Notes under the pieces: model-generated | What the model saw: the letters and a program-made list of their open reading frames with translations, nothing else | What the model was told of the DNA's origin: nothing | Databases searched by the model: none | Part shown: positions 39,629-53,160 of the stretch, in pieces | How the letters are laid out: each line of letters opens with the position of its first letter | Position numbering within the stretch: position 1 is the stretch's first letter | Made by a program: the position numbers and the translations under genes | Source: Dimorphilus gyrociliatus | Taxonomy: Eukaryota; Animalia; Annelida | Direction: 5' to 3' | Assembly: GCA_904063045.1 (NCBI GenBank) | Contig: CAJFCJ010000001.1 | Location: 620,001-684,000, forward strand | Length of the DNA stretch: 64,000 nucleotides

Positions 39629-41560
39629 TCAATCATCACTTAATTCGTCTATGTCGCTGTAGTCAACAACGGCGTCAGAGCTTCCCTTTTGTAGCTCATC
39701 CAAGCCGCTTACCTTTTCCAAATAGTCAAATTCGTTGAAAACCTTAAGTAAAAACTCAAATTCATCTTTTTCAAATGCATCAAGAACGGGCTTTGAGCAA
39801 GCTGAGCAATGATTGAACGCCAAGCTTGTTGGAAAAACTTGCGTAAACTTCGACATATGTCCTCTAATATGATGGGGAACAATACCCAAAAGTCCCTCTT
39901 CTACTTCAACTTCACAGCTAGTATCGGCTGGGGCCTCTCCGCCAAGAGGATGCTGAATTATAGTCATCAATAATTCTACAGCTATAGATGCTGCAATCAT
40001 AGACATTCCTGGTCTAGAAACAGTACACTGTTGATCTAAAGTTCTATCTTTCTGTGAATTTCCGGGAGCTACGACATCTGTGCAGAAATAACATCCTAAA
40101 TTAGTATTGGACTTCAGTCCATGTCTCATTACTAAGTAAGAATCAAATCCGAGAGCAGCATTAATTATCAGTTTGTTATATTTTGCTCCTAATAAAGTTG
40201 GCAACCAGCGGCTCTCTCTTGTATCCATCAAAAGGAAAGTTACATCATGTTCCAACATAAGTTCTTGTATTTTCTCAACATCCTTTCTAACATCGGGTAG
40301 GGCTTGATGACCAGGCATAGGAATGCTTAAACTAATTCCTGTTGCCTTCACACCAGGAAAGATTTTTTTTAGATTTATTGCTGCGGTTTCAGCTTTAGGT
40401 TTCCCACCATTTAGACTGTCCTCGAAGAAAAATAATGATTGTCGAACTGGATTAGAGTAGGATATCTTTCCGTTATCGACAAGGGTTATTGTTCTAACTC
40501 CCCAACCTAAAAGATTCCTAGCAACATTACATCCAAGAGTTCCAGCTCCAAGTAATAGACATTTTAGATTCTTAATTCTATCTAAGTCCAAATCAGGCAT
40601 TAGTCTCCACCTCATAAGTTTAAGATTCAGATCCACAGCACCATCAGCTAATTTATTTGGATCCATATTTGAAGCCATATTCACCATTCTTGGTCCGTAT
40701 TTACCTTTTTCGTTCTTCTCCCATCCAACAACCTTTGGGCATTCTTCTAAATTACTTAAATCTTTCAATTGAACAGTAAATTCAATACTTAATTCCGGTT
40801 TCCTACTTCTGAAGCAAACTACTCGTAGTCTATCTGAAAATTTTCCCCAATGATAGCATGCACTAATAATTAAATTACGGCATGGCCAGCCAGGATAATC
40901 ATTGGAAGATGGATCGCAACAAACAACGAATATTTCCTCCTTATTCTGAAGAGATTTAGATATTTCTTTTAATTGAAGAAATTCAATGGCGTTATTGGTT
41001 TTTCTAACTCCAAAGAATGGTTCAATTTTCCCACTTAGCTTTTGTATCTCCTGATAAATAAGGATCACTTCTTGATCATTCATTTGTCTAATAGGATTTA
41101 TTAAGGAAAATTTTTCTAGGCCTGTTAAGCCGATGAAATTAAACCAATAGTAATAGTGATATTTTTTCAAATCTGCATAAGTTAATACACAGAAACGATT
41201 AAGTAAGCTAACATCATCAAAGATTTTGCCGCTAGTAATATCTTGCCATAATTTTCTTCCAGCCTCCTTTGCATAAACACCTTGATCACAATTTTTAAAA
41301 TCATCTACCGTATTGAAATTCTTTAAGAATCCTTCGCTTCTGAAATTATTTCTTCCCAATCTAAGCTCCTCAAAAGATTCATGATCAACGTTAAACGTAC
41401 AAGGGAGACCCGGTTGTTCATTATTACAATAGTAACCAATTAATTGAATATTACTGTCATCCAGTTTATAATGTTCTAGTTTATTTTCGGAAAATTTTTG
41501 CCAAAATGCTCCACTAATACAACTGTTAAATGGTACGAATTGAACTTGACTCTGCTCCAT
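39629..41560 (-). CDS. ATG7: Autophagy E1-like enzyme ATG7, single exon
   Basis: 643-aa ORF; AVDLNLKLMRWR, LLLGAGTLGC (ATP binding), SYSNPVRQSLF, LGCYFCTDVVAP, RTLDQQCTVSRPG (catalytic Cys). Confidence 0.98.
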   Translation of the reverse strand: MEQSQVQFVPFNSCISGAFWQKFSENKLEHYKLDDSNIQLIGYYCNNEQPGLPCTFNVDHESFEELRLGRNNFRSEGFLKNFNTVDDFKNCDQGVYAKEAGRKLWQDITSGKIFDDVSLLNRFCVLTYADLKKYHYYYWFNFIGLTGLEKFSLINPIRQMNDQEVILIYQEIQKLSGKIEPFFGVRKTNNAIEFLQLKEISKSLQNKEEIFVVCCDPSSNDYPGWPCRNLIISACYHWGKFSDRLRVVCFRSRKPELSIEFTVQLKDLSNLEECPKVVGWEKNEKGKYGPRMVNMASNMDPNKLADGAVDLNLKLMRWRLMPDLDLDRIKNLKCLLLGAGTLGCNVARNLLGWGVRTITLVDNGKISYSNPVRQSLFFFEDSLNGGKPKAETAAINLKKIFPGVKATGISLSIPMPGHQALPDVRKDVEKIQELMLEHDVTFLLMDTRESRWLPTLLGAKYNKLIINAALGFDSYLVMRHGLKSNTNLGCYFCTDVVAPGNSQKDRTLDQQCTVSRPGMSMIAASIAVELLMTIIQHPLGGEAPADTSCEVEVEEGLLGIVPHHIRGHMSKFTQVFPTSLAFNHCSACSKPVLDAFEKDEFEFLLKVFNEFDYLEKVSGLDELQKGSSDAVVDYSDIDELSDD

Positions 41561-41709
41561 TTTTTTTCAATTGAATATATTGAATACAAGATATTTTCTT
41601 GGTAGTGATGATATTTTTATAATTATTTTTCAATATCTATCTATATGAGTAAACAATCATAGGAGGGGGTTACCTTACAAGTGCAGGCCTACCAGGCGGA
41701 ATTCCCTAA

Positions 41710-41717
41710 TGACGTCA
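41710..41717. promoter_or_regulatory. CRE/ATF palindrome in the ~196-bp ATG7/ITFG1 bidirectional promoter
   Basis: TGACGTCA within ATGACGTCAT between divergent start codons. Confidence 0.5.
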
Positions 41718-41756
41718 TAAATTCCGAGGAGTACTGAATTTTCGTAAAATTATAAA

Positions 41757-44241
41757 ATGTATAGACTGTTAGTACTGATTTTGTCGGTTCTAACGATTAA
41801 AAGTCAAATTGCTGTAAAAGATGTTACAAAGAAGGCTTTTGGGAATATTGAATCGGCGACAATCGCCGCTTTTGGTGATATTAATGCGGATAGATTCACA
41901 GATATATTAGTCATAACAAGCGAAGGTAGTATGCTCCTTGTATGTTTGTTTTAGTCTAACAAAATAATAACAATAGGAAGAATAGATGTGCTCCTTAGTA
42001 ATAAGAAGGAGGGATTTTCTAGATCTACATTCTTAAAGGGATCTTCAACGAGTGAAATATACGGAATTATTCCAACTGATTTCAATGGAGATGGACAAAT
42101 GGATGTTCTGGTCACCTATAAAGCTGGGAAAAAACTATTTAACGCAGGTGTTCATTTTGGAATACCTGGAGAAACGTCTGTTGGTAAGTAAAAAGGATTT
42201 ATTTGTATGTAATCTATCTGAATGTAATTTTCTATATTCCTGAACAGAACCCCATATACATTGGCTGACGGTTGATTCAAATCTAGCAGATTTAAAAGAT
42301 GAACCATTTTTATTCGAGTAAATTATAATTTCATATATTATAATTACGAGATGATTTGAATTATTTCAATTTTGCAGTGTAAACTTTGACATGTATCCAG
42401 ATTTGTTGGCGGAGACTAAAAATGATAGAATAATATGGAAGATTGACAAGTAATAATATTTTTATATCTTGATCATTTTCATTTTTATTCCAAATTGTAA
42501 TTTTACTTTAAATTGCTTTCAGACCACTTAATAACAATTTTACCGCCACTATTAAAAATAGAACAGAACATCGTTTAATTGTTCCTCATTCTTCTGCTTT
42601 TCTAGATTTAGGACATGATTCATCTGCAGGTTTCTTACTTTTCATTATCTTTACGATTATTCATATTTTTAAAAATAATAACGTCTTACTTCAGATTATG
42701 TATTGACAACCGTCAACAAGGATGATATTCCAGTTTTCGAATATTATCTCAGTGGTAAAGAAGAGCCGCAAGAAATAACTGCTGATATAAAAGGGGCCAA
42801 AGTCTATGGTCAATCTTCATTTACTGATTTAAGTAAGTAATACTTCTTGTTAATTTTTGCTCGTGTTCGCTTATTTTCGTTCATTTTACAGATCAGAATA
42901 CTTTTGCAAATCATATATTACCTGTTTGTATGGATTACGAATGTAAAGATAGTCAAATATGGGTTTATCTTAATGAAACAATTGGGGTAATTCTATTATT
43001 ATTACTATTTAAAATTCAACAAGAATATATTCAATATTAATAAATATTCTTTTTCCATAGAAACAAAAATGGTTTAGAGCATCTGAACCTTTCTATAATA
43101 AACATAACAAAGCGACTTGGGGCTTTAATAATAACAAATACGGTATTAAATTAAGAATGGGAGATTTTGATTCAGATGGATACCAGGATGCTTTGGTTGT
43201 ATTAAAAAGAGTGGACGAAAAGTAACAATTAATTTCCTAATTTAAACATATTTATGTTTCTTTTTTTATCCTAGTGAATCGCAATATGTTGAATCTCGTG
43301 CCTTTATACTTTATAATAGAAAGTGTTCAAAAGCTTTCTGTCAAAAATTAGAAAGATATTTTGATGTTGATTGGTCAAGTGGTACGTCCGAAAATGTGAC
43401 TTTGGCAACATTCTTTGATTATCAGGAAGATGTAAATAATTTATTGTTCAAATTTAATCTATTATTTAAATCATTTATGCATAATATTACTTTTTACTAG
43501 GGAAAATTAGATATATTAGTACAAACTGACACCGGCCTTAAGAACGGAAGTCGGTTAAAATTATACGAAAGTAAGCTGGACGCTGATGTTTGCTTTATGA
43601 AGGTCTTAGGTATTAAAGTATTATTGAAAATTTATTCGAAAATTGCTTTATACGTTTTTTATTTATAGTTACAAACGGTCTTTGCTACAAGAATTGTGCG
43701 AATGACAGACCTCCTTACGGAGTGAATGTACCTGGTCCAGCAATAAGATATGACACTGTCAATATAAATAATAGGCGTCAAAAAAGTTTCGGTGGACAAT
43801 TATCTCAATCGGCCCATAGAGCTCTTCAGTTACCATATGTACATTTTGGTCTTGGTCAAACGCCAAATTTCCTCGATAAACTAGTCGTGTCCATTCCAAG
43901 TAATCTAAAGAGAAAGGAAAAAGTATTAACAACAGTAATTCCTAATTCTCGTATAATTATCATACCATATCCACTTGATAAACCATCGTCATGGACTGAT
44001 AAACTGTTTGTTAATCCTGGTATTAAAGTATTAATTACAGGAGGCTCACTCTTGGGAACTTGCATCTTTGTTGCCATTATTGTAGGACTTTTACATTGGA
44101 AAGAAAGGGTTAGTAGAAAAAAAAAACGACTACTCTATTCTTCTTTTCATATGATTTTTGTTTTTATCTATCAATCAATAGAGTGACGATAAAAAAGAAA
44201 AAAGACAAGACGCTCACAAATTTCACTTTGATGCAATGTAA
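41757..44241 (+). CDS. ITFG1: T-cell immunomodulatory protein / LINKIN (FG-GAP repeat type I membrane protein)
   Basis: Signal peptide; AAFGDINADRFTDILV, PTDFNGDGQMDVLV, GDFDSDGYQD repeats; QLSQSAHRALQLPY..FGLGQTPNF; TM segment; cytoplasmic KKEKRQDAHKFHFDAM*. Confidence 0.95.
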
Positions 44242-44524
44242 AGAAAAATAAAAGAATAACAAATATGGAATTAAATTGACCTTACTGCTGCAAAAAGACT
44301 TATTCTCTAGTCGTTCGTTTTTAGGAAGATTTACTCCAAGAAAGATGGCGGAAAGTTATTATTTTATTGTTCAGTAAAATGTAATTTTTAATTGGTATTA
44401 AATTTTTTTTAAATGCTAATATCATTTATATTATTTAAAATTTTATTAAGATTGTTTCTTTTCATATAAAAAACAAATGACTCTCTACAGGATTGAACAT
44501 TTCTTTCTTGAATATAAATATGGG

Positions 44525-47500
44525 TTAAATACTAATGAGTTTTTCTATTAGACAAGTTATATGCCTACCAATGTCCATTTCTTTTACATTCTTAACAATT
44601 AATGAACATTTATGATATTTTTGAAATGTTAATGATTGAGGATAATTCGATTGTATTATAGGATTAGCGGATTGGTTATATTTTGAGAAGATTCTTTGTA
44701 AAAATCTTCTATGCTTCGATTTCATAAGGCAAGACGATATTCTATAATAATTTAATTTGTTTCTTCTAAATTTATCTTCGTCTTTAATTGGACTATGTAC
44801 ACTCATAATTGAATTAAGAAAAGATTGAGTATTCTCTGTCTTTTGTTGTTTGTTTCTCGAGATGGATTTAGTTAGTTGGGCCGTAAAGTTATCTTTCAAA
44901 TTCACTTCTTTTTCTCTAATGTTCTGATGAGAATCAATATTTGACAAGTATTTAATCAATGTTGTCAAATCCTTCACTTTTTGATTGTCTGTGTTATGAG
45001 AAAATGAGTCAATTATTTTGTTTAATTCATTCTTATCTCTATTCCGAAGAATTTGGGAAAGCATGTTGGTGGATAGATAACCTTCGGCCCAATCTTGAAT
45101 TCCTTCTATAGAAGTTCTTATATCTTTGGATAAACCGGATGATGTAATATATTCTTTCAAAGCGTCTATATCTTCTATGGTTAAACTCTCTTGTAATATA
45201 TCAGTTTTAATGACAGTTCCGTCAGATCTTTTAATAGATAAACTGTTTCGACTATTTATAGATGTATTTGTCATGTAGCTTTTCAACGAACTGAGTAGTT
45301 TATTAATCTGTAAGAATTGGTGTTTCCTTTCATTTTCCGAACAATTACTAATAATGATTGTTAATGCAGGTTTGAGTAGTGATTTACATATTTTGTAGAT
45401 GTTTTGTATAGTATTTTTTCCAAGTATCCAATCTCGAATTTCAACAACAGCCTTTCTTAATTCTTTACTATCAATTGAAAAGACGCTATCGCTATCGATA
45501 TCCATAGTTGTTCCCCCGCTATCCTTTCTATCCGATTTCCAGCTATTCTTTAAAGAGAAATCACTTAAAAGACTATCAATTCGATTAATTTGTTCATCTT
45601 TATCTTTGACTCCAACTTCGTGAGTAGGAGTTGTTGTTTGTCGATTCGGTTGGAGAGAGTTTGCAGGCGTTGTATTATCCCATAATTTTAAAGATTCTGT
45701 TGAATTTGCAACTGAACTATTCGGCAGTCTTGGAATATTATCTTTAGAATCAAAGCTATCGGGGGAAGATCTTACAAAGATTGTACCACCAACTTTATTC
45801 ATAGTTTGAAGTTTGAGAGCTCTTTGAAATTGTCCGATATCACTGCTGATTTCATTGATTCGTAAATTTCTTAATTTCAAAGATTTTAGATTTGGTTTTT
45901 TTCGATTTGTTATTGAATTCTTTGAAAATACTTTAATTTTCTGAATTGTTAGATCAAAGTAAGGATTCTCTTCAAATTCATTCTTAATCCTGCTAGTTCT
46001 CTTGGCACTACTACTGTATGTAGGATATAAATCAAATTTTGCCGTTAAATTTCTTGTATATATTGGAAATCTATCTCCATTTTTAAATCTTGATTTATTA
46101 ATCGAAGGGAATTTATGAGACAGTTCCTTTGTCTGTTTATTCACGATGTTTAATTTAATATTATCTTTTCTCGAATTGACTGTCATAGGATTTCTTATAA
46201 AATCCTTAAATGATATATTTAAGGGTTTTTTTGCAAAATTTGAATATTTTTCTCTTAAAGATTTAATATCCTTTTTCTTTTGTGTTGAACAGTTTAGCGG
46301 ATTAGTAATTTTATTCAGTTTGTAAGCGTCTATAATATAACCGGTAGATGGTGTAGGCGGTTCGTTTAGATTAGCTACTTCCTTGTTCGTTTGACTAATT
46401 CTTTGTGATAAAAGTTTACGGTTGCCTGCAATTTCTAAATCATTTGGTAATTGATGTAAATCAATGGTCAGCGTTAAATTTGACGATAATTTTCTAGTTT
46501 CAGGTTTACTTATGGATTTAAGTCGAGGATAAATTATAGCTTTCTCCTCATTAACAGTAGTGCCGAGCGTCATTGGCGCCGTTTTTAATGGAATTGAATG
46601 TGTATACTGAGTAGTATCATTATTGAATGAAGTTAATTTTTTACCATACTTCCTTTCTTTTTTCAAGTATTCCAGATAATTTTTCATGATATTTTTAGAT
46701 AAATATGCATAATCAATTTCCTGGAAAAAGAAAGAAAATAAGGATTCATTTATTGGAAGGATAATAGAAATATTGAATAATACATTTATCTCTGCCTTAT
46801 CTTTTACTGTAGCTGTACCATTTTCAAAATTCTTATCGATAAAACTTTGGAGAGAATCGTTATCCATTTCATTAGGTTTATCAAATAATGGTAAATAATA
46901 ATGAATATTTTCTAAATATTCAATATTGTTACATCGTTTTTTAACCATTGTTGAATTCTCTTTAAAATAGATAAGGAAATCTTGATCTTTACCATAAAGA
47001 TAAGATTTTAGGGGAATTTCTAAATTTTTATAAACTTGTAACGCATTTTTTAATGGAATAGAATTCATTGTAAAAGTATCTTGCAATTTATCTCGTAAGT
47101 GCTGAAGAGTATTAGCAATCATTTTATCTTCCGTATCCTTAGATAAATTATATTTATTCTCCATAAAGAAATGTTTAATAGCATTATAATAATAATTTTC
47201 AGCTCGAATTAAGCACGGATTATCATCAAACAATTTCTTTATATCCATATTCTCTTTTGATTGATCAGCATCTTTCGTTAGCTTAAACTTGGCTGCTGTC
47301 GTTTGTCTAGAAATTCTATTATCTTTTTCAGTTAAATTAATAACCTCATCTGCTAATAATGATTGTTCATGTAGTTTCTCTCCTGATCGATTTTCCTTCT
47401 TGAATACTTTATAAGTAGTTTTTTTCATTTTTTTTCTATATCTATAAATCTTCTTTTTCCCCTTTTTAATTGTTTTCCTACATTTCATACGAGAAACGTC

Positions 47501-50127
47501 TATTTTACAAGAATTTCCACTTATTCCTTTGCTAGATGTTTCAACGGCGTCCTTAAATTTAACAAAATTACCAGTGGAGTCTTTCATCTTGAAAACTGAC
47601 ATAGTAGACGATATAGTCGTTTCATTTCCATCAATGTTCAACACTATTCAACCAAATGAATATAATAAAATAGATTTATATTTATAACATAAATTTTACT
47701 ATTCGATTCTGGTAGTCTAGTTAAAGAAAAAACGTTAATTTCACTATCCCCAACGTCGAGCACTGTATCATCCCCTTCCTTATTAGTAGTATACCTAATT
47801 AATATATGTAAAAATATGTATTTCTAATAATAAAGGCAAAACAAGCTGTTGAAATAAAAACTGGATAAAAAGTTACAATTTGTAATACGAAACTAACGTT
47901 TGTGTCAATTCAAACTTATTAGTTTTAAATGATCTAAAAATAAATTAAAAACATTATTAAAAAGAAAAACGCAAAAATTAATGAAAATAGGGATACAAAC
48001 TCCTCTGTCATTGAATAAACATGATGAGAATTATATATGTTTTCTTTCGTTTTAGACTTTAGTACATGGAATGCTTTTTTCCGGCTTTTCTGTTTGTAAT
48101 CTTAGAATATTGAAAAGTATTAGTTTGTTATCGACATAATTATAATTATTGTGTACTCTTAGAAACTTCATTTCTCTTCCTATCTCTATTTAGAAGTTTG
48201 TTAGCCGACTTAAAGAGAATATATATCTTTATATTTTTTGCACAATAGCCAAAAAATGAAATAATTAGATGTTTTACCTTTCGTAGTTTGTTAGTATTTT
48301 TTAAGAATTGATTAATTCTTTTCCTATTTATCTTTAATTGATTAGTCATATTAAGTAGCATTTTATCGTTTTGGCAAGCTTTGATGACTTCTTTTATCAA
48401 TTCTTCTTCCTATTCTTGACATATGAGTGTTAATGTAAAATAGAAGAAATACTTAATTATTTATCTTTTAAAATATTAACATCTGTTAATTCAGTTAAAT
48501 TTAGAAAGTTGATAACGTTATATAACAATTCAGAGTCGCTTTGAGATTTATCTTTCTCGTATTCGTCCAGTTTAAGATTAATCTATATATACAATATATA
48601 TATATATATATACTGTATTATATATATATATGTATATATAATTCTAAGTTTATCAATACTAAGTTACCGAGGAATCTTTAACTTCAATTCCTTCGTTACT
48701 TAATATCTTTGACACATCCTTTTCTTCTGTTCCCATTGAACTAAGAACTCTTAAAGTTCCTTTTCTTCTATTACAAGATTGTGTCTGTTTATAGTTTTTT
48801 TATTAGTCCTATTAAAGAAGAATATTATATTCACTTAATGAAAATAACATACGTTCAACTGTTCTGCCAAATCAGCAAGAATAAACTGCTGCAATCCGCT
48901 AGGATATCCATAATTTCTAATAGAATTACATCGGCAATGATATTTAGATATATTTAAATATTTTAGCTTATTTTTATACTCATGTATTTTAACTATATAA
49001 TCGCAAATGTTCTCGTAGGAAGAATCATTACATATATGCATTATATCAATCATATTTTTAATTATTGATTCGGGAGCTTGATGTTTTGTGCCCGCAAACC
49101 ATTTTTCATCAATTATCTCTTTAAATATTGGCGGCAGCTTTATAAAAGGGTTGTTAAATACACTAACTGATTTGAAAGTTGCGAAATAGTTATTAACCTT
49201 TTCGTACTCTTCTACTTTATCATTATCATCGTCATTGTTGTTATCTATCCTACTTTTATACCATAGGTTATAATCAAGCTTTATATCTGGTAGGGTATTT
49301 CGCCTAATCCGTCTCTGGTCTAATTAAAAGAATAGAGTACAATACTTATACAGACTTAGTGCAAAAATTAATTTCGTTTTCTGACACATACGGAAATCTA
49401 TATCTGGATTGTTGACAACAATCATCGGTGATGATAGACCTTTTGGTATATTGGCTTTCTCGTCATTTTCTTGGTTGCTGACCTAGCATTTAAAGTATAT
49501 AGGCCTTATACGGTTTTTTTTTAAATCGAGAAAACTTTACATAATCACTTCGTTCTCTACTGAAAGTTATATGTGATTTCTTTCTTTTATGAATATTACT
49601 TGGTTCCTTGTGAATTTTCAATGAAATATCAGATGTTTCTTTAAAGGTATCGCCTTGCTTTATAAACAGAAAAGAAAAACCCTTTATTTAAATACGATTT
49701 TATCATAAATGAAATATTTTTACGCCAAAGTAAAGTTTAGGTTTAGAGAAAAACTCTTTTTCAAATGTAGATTTTTCAGGTAGCTAAGGTTTAACAGGTT
49801 AATAGTTTATAAAAAAAAACTATACTTCTATAATATAAAATAATATTCACGGGAAGTGGTTGCCAGTCATCAACCTGATATTTTTCATAATCAATATTTA
49901 GGTTATTCTTATTATTACACGATAATAACCTTCTTATAACAGAATTTGGTATATATCCTAAATGAAAAAAGAGTACAGATAATAAAAAAGCAAATAGAAT
50001 AAGCTATTATTTTATAAAATATTGTTTCTAATAATAAACCATCAGGAGCTATAGGATATTTTATTATTTCTTCATTAATTTTAATTGGACACTGTATTGT
50101 AGACAATTGATTCTCCTTATTCAACAT
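44525..50127 (-). CDS. Large orphan protein (~1,500 aa, estimated) with an N-terminal transmembrane segment and a 3.1-kb terminal exon
   Basis: Small exons from 50127 down to ~47690 join in frame through GT-AG introns into the 1039-aa ORF (splice creates A|TG at 47643); no family recognised. Confidence 0.65.
48588..48640. repeat. Imperfect (TA)n microsatellite in an intron of the orphan gene
   Basis: tatatatacaatatatatatatatata...tatatatatatgtatatata. Confidence 0.8.
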
Positions 50128-50776
50128 TCCCGGTATCTATATGAGTTAAGAATAAAGAGAATGTAGTTTGAAAGCAATAATTCTGTGATAACCTACTTAA
50201 ATATACTGTATATATATGTATATATATATATATTCTTTACATAAAAGGAAGATGATTTTGTTATAGTTTTCGTGTTAATTAAAAATAATCTGTTCGATTA
50301 TTATGTTACTAAATCTTCTCATTATTATTTGAGAGCAAATAGACGTCTCTTCTCACAATTATAACAATATTATGCCTATAATTTCTATCTTCTTTTCTTT
50401 CGTTTTCTTCCTATTCGCCTTATTATTAGTATTATTCCTTTTTAAATTAAATGAAAACGTTGTTATTAATTAACTTATATAAATATATGTATGTTATGAG
50501 TATTTGTTTATTTTTTTTTTGAAAATTAAAACCGTCCATTCATTAATTTTATAGATTTCTTACTAAACTGTATTTAGATATGGAAATATATAAATATTAA
50601 TATTTTATAAGTTATTGATTGGTAATTTAATGTTTTTTGCAGTTTTCCTTTATTCATTGAAAAGCAAACCAGATATGATATTGCACTGAGGAACCTTGAC
50701 ATTTGATAAACTTTGAATTTGTCTTGTTTTTTTCTCTCTCTCTCCTCCAACCTTCTGTCTCTCTTCCAAAAGTAGA

Positions 50777-51662
50777 ATGATGAATTGTAATATCTTTATG
50801 CTCTTTACAAGTTTTATTATATTTCAAATGATTTTCGTATTTTGGATATATTTATCTAAAGATCAAATATCGAATACGTTGATTAGAAAAAAGATTATAA
50901 AAGAGGCTAGGTCGCCATATTATGGCTTTTTAAGTGTCGTTAAAAGGAGAAAGTACCTTAAAAACTTAGATATACGGACTATTGTGATTTTGGAAGTAAA
51001 TATTGAAAAAACCAGTAAAAACTTTGAAATTCTCGAAACGTTCCTTAGAAATCATGAAAGGATAATTTATTTTGGGGATATTGATCAATTCCTTTATGAA
51101 TTAACAGGAAAGCGTTACGCTGGGAATTCGTTTAAAAAATATCGCTACATCCGGCATTTTTCTTCTTGTTCGAGGCTAAGTAACATTCTTATTAACCACT
51201 ACACCCGACAGAGAAGACAATATCCTTGCCTACGTAAGCTTGTTATTCTTTTTATACATATACAGTGTACAATTTTTAACTCTACTCTATATTTATATAT
51301 ATATAAACATAGGTTTATCGGTAAAATCTCCATCATATCCCTGTGAAATATCTCCGCACAACTGCAAAAATTATCATATGGCATTTTCAATTAGAGAACG
51401 ATTGTCTTTCAATTTAATTAAGCAAATGACCGATTTAAAATCATTAGTAAGAATAATACGAGTAGTTGAAAATAAATCGGATTGTCGAAGAAGATATTCT
51501 AATCGAAGAATATCTGGAAGTATATTCAATCATTCTATCACGGAAATGGATTTAAATAATATTAAATGTAATCCAAGATTAACTTTTTTAGAGTTAATTA
51601 ACAATATAGGATTATATCTTCCAACTGATTTGGGTTTATATGTAGATTCGTTGGAGAATTAA
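50777..51662 (+). CDS. Type II membrane protein, possibly a degenerate carbohydrate-sulfotransferase-fold protein (~270 aa)
   Basis: N-terminal TM (IFMLFTSFIIFQMIFVFWIYL); intron ~51234-51312 joins two ORFs in frame; only weak resemblance to the CHST architecture. Confidence 0.45.
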
Positions 51663-52389
51663 TAACTTATTCAATATTCTTCATTTGTTTTATCTAACAA
51701 ATTGTTAATTGAAAAAATTCAAGTTAATTATGCGATTCTCCTTTCTTTTTTCATTTTTATTAGCTAAATGTTGAATTAAGGTAAATGACTTCTGAGATAT
51801 AATTGCGTAATATTAGGAAATTTTGAAGAATAGTAAATAGGCCTTTGCTGGTAACTTTCCTTGTTGAAGGGTGATATTGTGACGAAATCGATTTTACGAA
51901 GGTTACGAATATGCTCTAATTTTTTCTCTGAATAAATTCGTTATTTTTAAAAAATAAAAGAGTATAAAGGGTTTGTTTGTATTAAAATATATGTAGTACG
52001 TATATTTGTATAAACAGTTAACTTGTAATTAGACAACCATAGAGATATGTAGCAATAGAACAATAGAGAAATATTTATTTTACTGCAAATCATGACGATA
52101 CGAAAAATAAAATTTGTGCTGCCACCTATATAATTTTCATTTAAAAGCAAATTCAAAAGTATCAGTTTTCTTTATGCAACAGAGAGAAGTTGACGCCACA
52201 TTATACGTTATTCTTAATGCTTTTTCCATCAAATAATTGACTATAATAATTATTTAGAAACTAATTATTTATTAAATTTGAAACGCTTATTAGCTTGAAA
52301 GAAGAAAATTTAGGAATAAAAGAAAAGAAATATACAGATATTCTTAAAGAGAAAGCATTGAAAAGAAGGAAAAATAGCAATTAAAAGAT

Positions 52390-53160
52390 ATGAATTTTGA
52401 AGCAAGGTGCATGAATATTCCTAGTGGTATAAAGTTTACAATTGGATTACTCTTACCATCGTCTATAGCTACTTTGTTAGTTGCATTAATTATGAAAGAT
52501 TGGAGTTCATTATCATCACCTGAAACAGGAACAAAAGAATTTGGTATCTTCTCTGTTTGTATGAAAATTGAAAATCACCGGTCATGTGAGAATTATTACG
52601 AAGTGTCAGGTAAAGATCCTATCATATACAGTAATATAATATTACAAAACTGAATATTTGTTGTTATTTATTTCTATACAGGACTACTCAGATTCTTACA
52701 AATAATGCTAATCCTAGCAGTAGTTCTTCTCTTTTCTGCTGAAATTATTGGCTTAAGTTTTGCCTGGGCTTGCAAAAGTCGCTACCCTCTTGCCATTTCA
52801 AGCTTGTTTAGTTGCTTGGTGATTTGCTTATGTTGGGGATTGTTCCTCGCCAAGAGTATGGACATCATACCTAATTTAGCTCAAAGTTTTAATTCAGAAT
52901 ACTCGGTTGGATCATCGTTCTCACTATCAATTGTTTCTTCTGCCCTTGCCTTATTATCCTCCATCGTTACTTTCATATCAAGACCTGTTCAGGCAAATTC
53001 CGCAAGTCATCATCGTCTAAGCCCCCATTTACGAGTTCCAGTTAGTAATATCATGGTTACAGATGTCCCTCAGTCAAATTTTAGTCAATGTCGATTGCCT
53101 ACCTACGAAGAATGCGTCTTTCCCTCAGATCTACCACCAGCTTACGAAGAGAAAGCTTAA
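52390..53160 (+). CDS. Claudin/PMP22/EMP-family tetraspan protein with C-terminal PY motifs
   Basis: Two exons (intron ~52610-52681); four TM helices; first loop W...GIFSVC...C; tail LPTY and PPAY. Confidence 0.8.
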
